From Eubacteriales bacterium (GTDB lineage Bacteria > Bacillota > Clostridia > Oscillospirales > CAG-272): DNA of 64,000 bases. Below the pieces are notes generated by a model, which was given only the letters and a program-made list of their open reading frames with translations, searched no databases and was not told the origin of the DNA. A program made the position numbers and the translations under genes. The stretch lies in the NCBI GenBank assembly GCA_045545665.1, contig JAZQBL010000039.1, positions 4,149 through 68,148 of the forward strand, in the 5' to 3' direction. Below, in pieces: positions 56,790-64,000 of the stretch. Numbering within the stretch: position 1 is the stretch's first letter; every line of letters begins with the position of its first letter.

Positions 56790-57572
56790 TTAAGCATTTT
56801 CCCTTATATACGTTATGTATTCCATACAGTAGTCGTCACGTCCGGAAATGACCTCTGCCGATCTTATCGTGAGATGGTATGCGGGATTGGTATTATCCAT
56901 TATAGCCGCATCAAGTCCCTGATATATTGCACACGTAAGGTATGCTGAATTTATGTTTATTCGTTTGGGAAGTCCGAACGATGCGTTTGAAAGTCCGCAC
57001 ACAGTCATAACACCCGTAAAAGTTTCTTTTACTTCTTTTATGGTTTTTAAGGATATAAGCGCGCTTTCGCTGTCCGTTGCGGCTGACTGTACGGCTATAT
57101 CAAACAGTATTCTGTCACGCGATATTTCCTCATCATCCGCAATCTTCACTATTTCAGATGCAAACTGCATTCTTTCTTCAAGCGTGCTATGAGAAAGCAT
57201 ACATATAAAGCTTGCGTTTTTTTCTTTTATAACGGGCAAAAGCTGTGCCATTTCATCAGTTGTGTTCACGGAATTGAATATAATATCACGTCCGTTCGGC
57301 ACACATTCCGCACATTCTATAAGGACGCCCATATCGGGTGAATCAAGCACGACGCCTGCGTTTGAATTATCGCAAACAAGCTTTATGGTTTTTTTCATCA
57401 TTTTCTTTTCATCTTCGCAAAGAGCTGTATTTACGTCTATGTAATCAGCTCCGAAGGATGCCATTTTGTTTATGAGCTCAAGCAGATATTCTTCGTTTTC
57501 CTCTGCATACGCCGCCATTGTTTTCGGAATGGAGCTGTTGAGTTTTTCGCCTATGATAATCATTTTAGACAC
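56790..57572 (-). CDS. pterin-binding (DHPS-like) domain protein, methyltetrahydrofolate:corrinoid methyltransferase-like
   Basis: IIGEKLNSS N-terminus, GADYIDVN, GLSNASFGLP. Confidence 0.65.
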   Translation of the reverse strand: MSKMIIIGEKLNSSIPKTMAAYAEENEEYLLELINKMASFGADYIDVNTALCEDEKKMMKKTIKLVCDNSNAGVVLDSPDMGVLIECAECVPNGRDIIFNSVNTTDEMAQLLPVIKEKNASFICMLSHSTLEERMQFASEIVKIADDEEISRDRILFDIAVQSAATDSESALISLKTIKEVKETFTGVMTVCGLSNASFGLPKRININSAYLTCAIYQGLDAAIMDNTNPAYHLTIRSAEVISGRDDYCMEYITYIRENA

Positions 57573-57578
57573 CGTCCT

Positions 57579-58400
57579 TTATATTTCTTTCAATACGTTT
57601 GTAATAAGTCCCACAAAGCGTTCCTTCGCTTTTCCTGCGTTTATTACAACTTCATCTTCGTCGGGTTTTTCCTCTGAAATTCCTGCCGCCATATTCGTAC
57701 ATACGGAAATGCACAGTGCACGCATACCGCAATGCGCCGCCGCTATCATTTCGGGTACAGTTGACATACCTACAACGTCAGCGCCGAGGGTTTTGAGCAT
57801 TTTTATTTCAGCGGGTGTTTCGTACTGCGGACCTGCCATATAAGCGTAGACAGCATCCTTCAGTTCAAACCCGAGCTTTTTCGCTTCGTTCTTTGCTATA
57901 TTTATATATTCTTTATCATACACGGTCTGCATATCAAAAAATCTTTTGCCGAACTCGGGTATATTCTTACCTCTTACGGGAGATTCCGCACACAGCTTTA
58001 TGTGATCGTATACGACCGTTATGCCACCTATATCAAACGATGTATTTATAGCCCCCGATGCGTTTGAAACTATGAGTTTTTCAATTCCCATAAGCTTGAA
58101 AACATATATAGGATATACCGTTTCATACATTTCCCAACCTTCGTAATAATGGAATCTGCCGTTCATCACAACGACCGCTTTGTCTTCAATATATCCGCAC
58201 CACAGCTCTCCTGCCTGGTACGATACAGTCGATATAGGAAAGCCGGGAATATCCGCATATTTTATCACCGTGGGAGATTTGATCTTATTTACTATATCGC
58301 CGAGTCCCGAGCCTGCGATGATCGCAACGTCGGGAGTTATTTTTATTTTTTTCAATATAAAATCGGCACTTTTTTTATAATCGTTGTATTCGGGACGCAT
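57579..58400 (-). CDS. purine nucleoside phosphorylase (PNP/MTAP family 2)
   Basis: AIIAGSGLG, GRFHYYEG, GPQYETPAE, VGMSTVPE. Confidence 0.85.
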   Translation of the reverse strand: MRPEYNDYKKSADFILKKIKITPDVAIIAGSGLGDIVNKIKSPTVIKYADIPGFPISTVSYQAGELWCGYIEDKAVVVMNGRFHYYEGWEMYETVYPIYVFKLMGIEKLIVSNASGAINTSFDIGGITVVYDHIKLCAESPVRGKNIPEFGKRFFDMQTVYDKEYINIAKNEAKKLGFELKDAVYAYMAGPQYETPAEIKMLKTLGADVVGMSTVPEMIAAAHCGMRALCISVCTNMAAGISEEKPDEDEVVINAGKAKERFVGLITNVLKEI

Positions 58401-58421
58401 TTTTTTATTCCTTTCGTTTTT

Positions 58422-59318
58422 TCAGTTTCCTATAAATTCTCTGAAAAATGAATCCTTCGGCACGTATTCACGGCTTATTTCGGGAATATTTTCGTATTTT
58501 TTCATTATTCTTTCCGCCTCGGCTTTGTATCTTGACTCACCGTCAACCGATTCAAGCAGCTCTTTTACAAGAGGTGCCAACACATTTACCTCGTACGGCA
58601 CGAAAGAATTTATTCTTATATCCGACTTATCCGAATAAGGTATTATATTTTTGTCTTCGTTTTCAACAACACCTTCCCAAAGCTTAAACGTAAGGTCGGG
58701 AGATGCTCCTCTGAAAAGAAAATCACGGACAAGTCTTCTGCCGAAACGCAATTCCCTTTTGGTAAACACGTTACCGTATGCATTCATATCTGTATCGACA
58801 CAGATAAATATTTTCTTACATTCCTCGTGAAAAAGTCCCGTTATTTCGGGATATACTGCCTGTATTCCCTCAAATATGATGATGGTATTATCATCCGGAT
58901 CTATTTCTCTTTTTCCGTTTCTTCTTCCCGAAACGAAGTCGAATATCGGTATTTCGGTCTTATCCCCTCTTTTGAGGCTTTCCGTGCATTTACAAAACAG
59001 CTCGTAGTCGATAGCGTTTATGGATTCGAAATCCGTTTTTCCGTCTTTACCCTTTTGCTCGTGTGAGTCCTTGAAAAAGTCGTCAACGGAAACACTCATT
59101 ACGTTTTTTCCGTCCTTTTCAAGCGTATCTATCAGGACGCTCGTAGCCGACGTTTTTCCCGAACACGTAGGACCTGACAGCAATATAAATCTGATATTTT
59201 TATCGTCTGCTATATCATCCGCCGTTCTTTCTATATTTTCAAAAAATCGGCGGTCACATTCCTTTACAAAGTCAAATTTTTCTTTTTCGGATACGAATAT
59301 ACGGTCGTGAAAATACAT
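58422..59318 (-). CDS. uridine-kinase-like P-loop nucleoside kinase family protein
   Basis: Walker A LSGPTCSGKTS, IIIFEGIQA. Confidence 0.6.
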   Translation of the reverse strand: MYFHDRIFVSEKEKFDFVKECDRRFFENIERTADDIADDKNIRFILLSGPTCSGKTSATSVLIDTLEKDGKNVMSVSVDDFFKDSHEQKGKDGKTDFESINAIDYELFCKCTESLKRGDKTEIPIFDFVSGRRNGKREIDPDDNTIIIFEGIQAVYPEITGLFHEECKKIFICVDTDMNAYGNVFTKRELRFGRRLVRDFLFRGASPDLTFKLWEGVVENEDKNIIPYSDKSDIRINSFVPYEVNVLAPLVKELLESVDGESRYKAEAERIMKKYENIPEISREYVPKDSFFREFIGN

Positions 59319-59339
59319 ATTTACGCCGTCCTTTCATTT

Positions 59340-60818
59340 TTACAGTTTTGCGAAAAAGCCTTCCATTATCTTTTTCGTTTGCTCGAACACTTTATATCTG
59401 TCCTGCTCTAAATATTCATATGGATATTTGGGATTGAATATTCGTTCTATTTTAACGTTTCTCTCACCCACAAGCTTTGTAACAGCGCCCGCACCTGCGG
59501 AGAATATGGAATGTATCTCCTCCATCATAAGTATGTTATAGATACCTTCCGTTCCCTTTTTGCAATATCCGACGTTTTCAAGGTTACCCTTTGCGTTTTT
59601 CTGTCTGTACATATAATACGGGATATATCCCGCTTTTTTGGTCATTATCTGCGTATAGTCAACACATTTGGATACTTCAAAGTTTTCCCTTGCAAATATA
59701 TCCTGCCCTTCCTCCTTCAGTATATCCGCACTTCTTTTTACGCAAAACGTATGCGCGGTAATATTTTCCGGTGAAAGCTCGATTATTTTTTCAAGTGTAT
59801 CGGAATACGATTCTATATCATCCGTCGGAAGTCCCATTATAAGGTCTGTGTTTATACACGGTATACCGCTTTTTCTTGCCATTTCATACGCTTTGAAAAA
59901 CATTTCAGCCGTGTGGCATCTGTCTATCTCCTGCAAGACGAAATTATTGAGCGACTGGGGATTTATGCTTATTCTCGTTACGTTATGATCGTATGCGCTT
60001 TGCAGTTTCTTTTCCGTTATCGTATCGGGTCTGCCGGCTTCAAGAGTAAACTCGTCAAGCGAGGATGTATCGAAAAGCTCGTCTATATAAGCAAGCAGAT
60101 CTTCAAGCTGTTCTTCGTTAAGCGTTGTGGGAGTTCCTCCGCCGATATACACTGTCTTAAGCTTGAAGCCCGATTCTTTTATCTGTCTTGCAATGAGCGA
60201 AAGCTCGACCTTGAGTGCTTCAAGATACGCGGGAATAAGCGCCAAAAGCTTTTTCGTCGTAAAGCTTACAAACGAGCAATAGGAGCACCTCGTAGGACAA
60301 AACGGTATTGATATGTACACAGAGCACGTATCAAGCGGATATTTTTTGATTATTTTCAATTCATTACGTGCTATATCCGTGGCAATTATCGCTTTTTTGG
60401 GATACAATAGATACTGACGTCTCAATTCCTTTACCGTCTGATCCTTCGTCATTCCCTCATTGAGATAGTCAAGCACGATCTTCGTGGGACGCACGCCCGT
60501 AAGTATTCCCCACGGCGGAGTATATCCGAAAAACACCTCTGCGGCATTAAAAAATGCTTTGTTTGCCGCCATATTTTCGGTTTTTGTTTTCGGAAGTCCG
60601 CCATACGGCTCTTTATGGGAACGTGTGACTTCTTTATCGCCTATGCGTATTGAGGCAGTGCATACCGCTCCGTCTTCTTCACGGTCAAGTGTGACAGTTA
60701 CAACGGGAGTTTTTTCCGTTACCTCTTCTGATTCCGAAAACTTTGCTCCGGGAAAAAACAAAAGGCACAGCGTTTGCAGATAATATCTGCTTAAATTTTT
60801 ATCAATTATAAGTTTCAT
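59340..60818 (-). CDS. hemZ: HemZ-type coproporphyrinogen dehydrogenase-like radical SAM protein
   Basis: CPTRCSYCSF cluster motif, GGGTPT. 492 aa with the extended N-terminus typical of HemZ. Confidence 0.75.
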   Translation of the reverse strand: MKLIIDKNLSRYYLQTLCLLFFPGAKFSESEEVTEKTPVVTVTLDREEDGAVCTASIRIGDKEVTRSHKEPYGGLPKTKTENMAANKAFFNAAEVFFGYTPPWGILTGVRPTKIVLDYLNEGMTKDQTVKELRRQYLLYPKKAIIATDIARNELKIIKKYPLDTCSVYISIPFCPTRCSYCSFVSFTTKKLLALIPAYLEALKVELSLIARQIKESGFKLKTVYIGGGTPTTLNEEQLEDLLAYIDELFDTSSLDEFTLEAGRPDTITEKKLQSAYDHNVTRISINPQSLNNFVLQEIDRCHTAEMFFKAYEMARKSGIPCINTDLIMGLPTDDIESYSDTLEKIIELSPENITAHTFCVKRSADILKEEGQDIFARENFEVSKCVDYTQIMTKKAGYIPYYMYRQKNAKGNLENVGYCKKGTEGIYNILMMEEIHSIFSAGAGAVTKLVGERNVKIERIFNPKYPYEYLEQDRYKVFEQTKKIMEGFFAKL

Positions 60819-60820
60819 TT

Positions 60821-61270
60821 TTATTTCAGCAATTCAGTATCGAGGCATATTGTAAACGGTCCGTCATTTTCAAGCGACACCTTCATATCGGCACCGAATA
60901 CTCCCGTACTTACTTTTTCTATTTGTGTTTTTGCGTATGAGACAAAATATTCGTAAAGTCTGTTTGCTTCATCGGGGGGAGCGGACGACAGAAATTCAGG
61001 TCTGTTTCCGTGGGTACAGTTTGCGTACAGCGTAAACTGCGAAACGACGAGCATTTCACCGCCGACCTGCGGTAAAGAGAGATTTATCTTACCGTTTTCA
61101 TCCTTGAATATACGCATTTTAACTATCTTGTCGCACAGCTTTCTTGCAGTGCTTTCGTCATCACCCTTGCCGACGCCCAAAAGCACAAGATATCCTTTTT
61201 TACATTCGCCTACCGTTTCACCGTCAACCTTGACGCAGGCGTGGTTTACTCTTTGTATTACAGCTTTCAT
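60821..61270 (-). CDS. dtd: D-aminoacyl-tRNA deacylase
   Basis: [22 protein letters not shown]. Confidence 0.9.
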   Translation of the reverse strand: MKAVIQRVNHACVKVDGETVGECKKGYLVLLGVGKGDDESTARKLCDKIVKMRIFKDENGKINLSLPQVGGEMLVVSQFTLYANCTHGNRPEFLSSAPPDEANRLYEYFVSYAKTQIEKVSTGVFGADMKVSLENDGPFTICLDTELLK

Positions 61271-61279
61271 TTTATATCC

Positions 61280-63493
61280 TTATCTCGATACAGATTCAAC
61301 GTCTTTTATAGCACGCAGACGTGTCATTATCTGATACAGATGATTTGTATTTTTACAGCCTATCGTAAGGCTTATCGTTATTTCAGAATCAAAAGTTTGC
61401 ATATTGATCGACAGAAGCGAAACGCGCATTTCGGCAACCGCCGTCGTAAGGTCGGCAACGATGCTTATGGAATTATGCGCCACAACGTTTATCGTTGCTT
61501 CGAATACGCCTTCGTTCGAGGCACCCGTTTCCCACGATGCGGTTACAAATCTGTCTTTGTTTTCGTAATTCTCAAGCTGTGCCTTTATATTGGGGCAATC
61601 CGCTTTGTGAACGGATATTCCGAAGCCTTTTGTGATAAATCCGATTATTGCATCCCCCGGGATCGGACTGCAGCATTTTGAGAACTTGACAACACATCCG
61701 TCAACACCGTCAATAATAACGCCGCTTGTGGACTTTTTGACCTTTTTCTTGCCTGCCTGTGCCATATCGTCAAGGCTCGGCTTTTCGTTTACAACAGGTT
61801 TTACAACTCTGTCAAATTCATCCTTGAGCTTGGTCGATATTTTCGCAACGGTAAGTCCGCCATAGCCGATGATATTGTACATATCGTCAACATCCTGTAT
61901 ACCGACACGTTTTGCAACGTTGAGAAGCACCTCGTTTTTCTGCGCTTCGGTACACGCACCGAACTTTTGGAACTCACGGTCTATTTCGACCTTGCCCATT
62001 GCAATATTTTCGTTACGCTGTTCTTTTTTGAACCACTGGCGTATCTTGTTTCTCGCTTCGCTCGTTTTTACTATTTTGAGCCAATCTCTGCTCGGGCCTT
62101 TCGTTTGCGAGGATGTGATTATCTCGACGATCTCACCGTTTGAAAGCTCACGGTCGATATTAACTATCATCCCGTTTACCTTCGCCCCCGTCATTTTATT
62201 TCCGACAGCTGAGTGTATTGCATACGCAAAGTCGATAACGGTAGCACCGTTCGGCAGTGCGATAACGTCGCCTTTGGGAGTAAATGCAAAAACTTCATCC
62301 TGGAAAATATCTATTTTCAGAGCGTTCAGGAATTCCTCGGGGTCTTTCGTTTCGTTTTCCGTTTCGACAAATTCCGATATCCACTGAAGCTTTTTGTCTA
62401 TGTCCGCGGAAGCGGTAGCACCCGTCTTATATTTCCAGTTTGCGGCAATTCCGTATTCTGCTATATGGTGCATCTCGTGCGTTCTTATCTGAACTTCAAA
62501 GGGAATACCGTCACGTCCTATAACGGTCGTGTGCAAGCTTCGGTACATATTCGGTTTAGGTGTCGATATATAATCCTTGAAACGGCCGGGAATAGATTTG
62601 AAAAGATCGTGGATTATACCGAGAACGGTATAACATTCAAGCTCTGTTTCAACGATTATACGCATTGCGTAAAAATCGTATATCTCATCAAAGCTCTTGT
62701 TCTGATTGTACATCTTTTTATAGATGCTGTATACGGACTTCACACGGCCTTCCATTACGAACTCAATACCGTTTTCTTTGAGCTTTTCGGAGACGTAATC
62801 CTTTGCGTGCTGCAAAAAGTCTTTGTTTTCGCCGAACTTTTTGAGAATATCACGGCGCACCTCCTCGTATCCTATCGGGTCAAGATAGGAAAGAGACAGC
62901 TTTTCAAGCTCCTGCTTTATCTTCTGCATACCGAGTCTGTGTGCCAAAGGCGCGTAAACGTACATCGTTTCAAGCGCTATTTCTCTGCGTTTTCCCTCCG
63001 GCTTTGCGTCAAGTGTACGCATATTGTGAACTCTGTCACAAAGCTTGATAAAGAGCACGCGTATGTCCTTCGACATAGCTAAAAACATTTTTCTCAGATT
63101 TTCTATGTGCGCCTCTTCCTTGTCTTCAAAAGGAAATTCAACAAGCTTTGTAAGTCCGTCAACTATACGTGCGACAGATTCACCGAATTCCTTTTTTATC
63201 TTCCCGAGGTCGGTCTTGTCGGCGCAGTCCTCCACGGTGTCGTGCAAAAGGGCTGCGCACACGGAATCCGTATCAAGCTCCATTCCCACAACTATCTGCG
63301 CTACGGAAACGGGATGGGATATATACGGTTCTCCGCTTTGTCTGAACTGTCCTTCGTGAAGCATTGCGGCGTAATCGTACGCTTTTACGATCTTTTCTTT
63401 GTCGTAATTCTTACCCGTTTCGTCAAGATCCTTCAAAAGCTGTTCTATGGTTGCGGGTTTTTGTATCATTATTTCATCGTTGTTTGAATTCAT
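61280..63493 (-). CDS. relA: bifunctional (p)ppGpp synthetase/hydrolase
   Basis: HD domain HPVSVA..LHDTVEDC, synthetase YRSLHTTV, plus TGS and ACT regions. 737 aa. Confidence 0.95.
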   Translation of the reverse strand: MNSNNDEIMIQKPATIEQLLKDLDETGKNYDKEKIVKAYDYAAMLHEGQFRQSGEPYISHPVSVAQIVVGMELDTDSVCAALLHDTVEDCADKTDLGKIKKEFGESVARIVDGLTKLVEFPFEDKEEAHIENLRKMFLAMSKDIRVLFIKLCDRVHNMRTLDAKPEGKRREIALETMYVYAPLAHRLGMQKIKQELEKLSLSYLDPIGYEEVRRDILKKFGENKDFLQHAKDYVSEKLKENGIEFVMEGRVKSVYSIYKKMYNQNKSFDEIYDFYAMRIIVETELECYTVLGIIHDLFKSIPGRFKDYISTPKPNMYRSLHTTVIGRDGIPFEVQIRTHEMHHIAEYGIAANWKYKTGATASADIDKKLQWISEFVETENETKDPEEFLNALKIDIFQDEVFAFTPKGDVIALPNGATVIDFAYAIHSAVGNKMTGAKVNGMIVNIDRELSNGEIVEIITSSQTKGPSRDWLKIVKTSEARNKIRQWFKKEQRNENIAMGKVEIDREFQKFGACTEAQKNEVLLNVAKRVGIQDVDDMYNIIGYGGLTVAKISTKLKDEFDRVVKPVVNEKPSLDDMAQAGKKKVKKSTSGVIIDGVDGCVVKFSKCCSPIPGDAIIGFITKGFGISVHKADCPNIKAQLENYENKDRFVTASWETGASNEGVFEATINVVAHNSISIVADLTTAVAEMRVSLLSINMQTFDSEITISLTIGCKNTNHLYQIMTRLRAIKDVESVSR

Positions 63494-63508
63494 ATATTCA
63501 CACTCTTA

Positions 63509-64000
63509 TTATTCAACCGAGCATATCGGCATTTCGTTAAGCTGTCTGAAAAGTGGGCAGGAATCAAGCGGCTTTTTCTCTTTTTGAGGTATTATTTCAT
63601 AACGCATTAAAGCGGGACTTTCCCACGTACAGGAGATAAATCCCATACACTCGAAAATATCTGTTATAAGCGAAAGCTTTATGTAGTCCATATTCAGCTT
63701 ACGTGATGCTGAATTTAAAAATACAAACGCCGTATTATTCTTTTCTCTCTCTTTAAGGTACTTAAAGACCTTTGCACAGTCCTCTTTATCGGGTGCATAT
63801 CTTTTTTCGGGAAGTATTCTGCCGTCTTTTATATCCTCGCACAGATATTTTTTCGCTTCAAGCTCTTCGCACGTACTGCGGCAAAACTCGGCATCTCTGA
63901 TTATCATCTGTCGTGTCTGCATATTTCTGTAATCGTTTATTCCGAGATTGAAAACGATATCTATGCAGTCACCCTCCGAAAATCCGAGTCTTTCGGGGGA
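63509..64000 (-). CDS. recJ: 3' part of a RecJ-like single-stranded-DNA exonuclease gene (partial, runs off the window)
   Basis: The reading frame stays open upstream of the listed Met to the window edge (..SPERLGFSEGDCIDIVFNLGINDYRNMQTRQMIIRD..). Its position just upstream of relA-dtd matches the usual Firmicutes order. Identification is tentative. Confidence 0.5.
   Translation of the reverse strand, partial: SPERLGFSEGDCIDIVFNLGINDYRNMQTRQMIIRDAEFCRSTCEELEAKKYLCEDIKDGRILPEKRYAPDKEDCAKVFKYLKEREKNNTAFVFLNSASRKLNMDYIKLSLITDIFECMGFISCTWESPALMRYEIIPQKEKKPLDSCPLFRQLNEMPICSVE

Overview
This 64-kb chromosomal window looks like an anaerobic Firmicutes/Clostridia genome (nrdDG, hemZ, a spoVB-like flippase, and an initiator tRNA very close to the Bacillus type). 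Most of it is ordinary housekeeping:
- asd, pyk, a Ca-ATPase, nrdG-nrdD-trxB, and a two-component system.
- A TIGR01212 radical SAM gene, mrp, and mazG.
- An mtaD / pterin-binding protein / PNP cluster, then hemZ, dtd, relA and the 3' end of a recJ-like gene.
- Two exopolysaccharide/glycosyltransferase loci (32.9-36.8 kb on + and 49.5-53.2 kb on -).

The accessory, compositionally mosaic part lies between about 12 and 27 kb:
1. An AT-rich stretch (12.5-16.2 kb) holds start-less orphan RHS-core C-terminal toxin cassettes. They share a 175-bp, ~96% identical direct repeat and have candidate immunity genes. One cassette is frameshifted and abuts a 66-nt ectopic copy of the 3' end of the radical SAM gene that sits 34 kb away.
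2. A visibly GC-richer block (16.3-26.1 kb) encodes a 2584-aa vWA / pilin-isopeptide-repeat adhesin with an NPQTG sorting signal, a Cys-rich small protein and a LuxR/MalT-like regulator.
3. A tRNA-Leu(UAA)/tRNA-fMet pair follows. The 3' 42 nt of tRNA-fMet are duplicated 233 bp downstream, which is an att-like scar around a structured insert.

Other points worth a second look:
- NrdD carries a fused C-terminal CPNC redoxin domain, sits next to trxB, and lies behind a promoter overlapped by tandem NrdR-like boxes.
- An ATP-grasp/HAD fusion sits next to a frameshifted GT14 gene and a GDPD gene in an EPS locus.
- A 186/175-bp direct duplication brackets 3.3 kb.
- A ~70-nt conserved element occurs twice, each time with different self-complementary arms.

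I found no CRISPR array, rRNA, integrase or transposase. All identifications come from motif reading by eye, with no database search.
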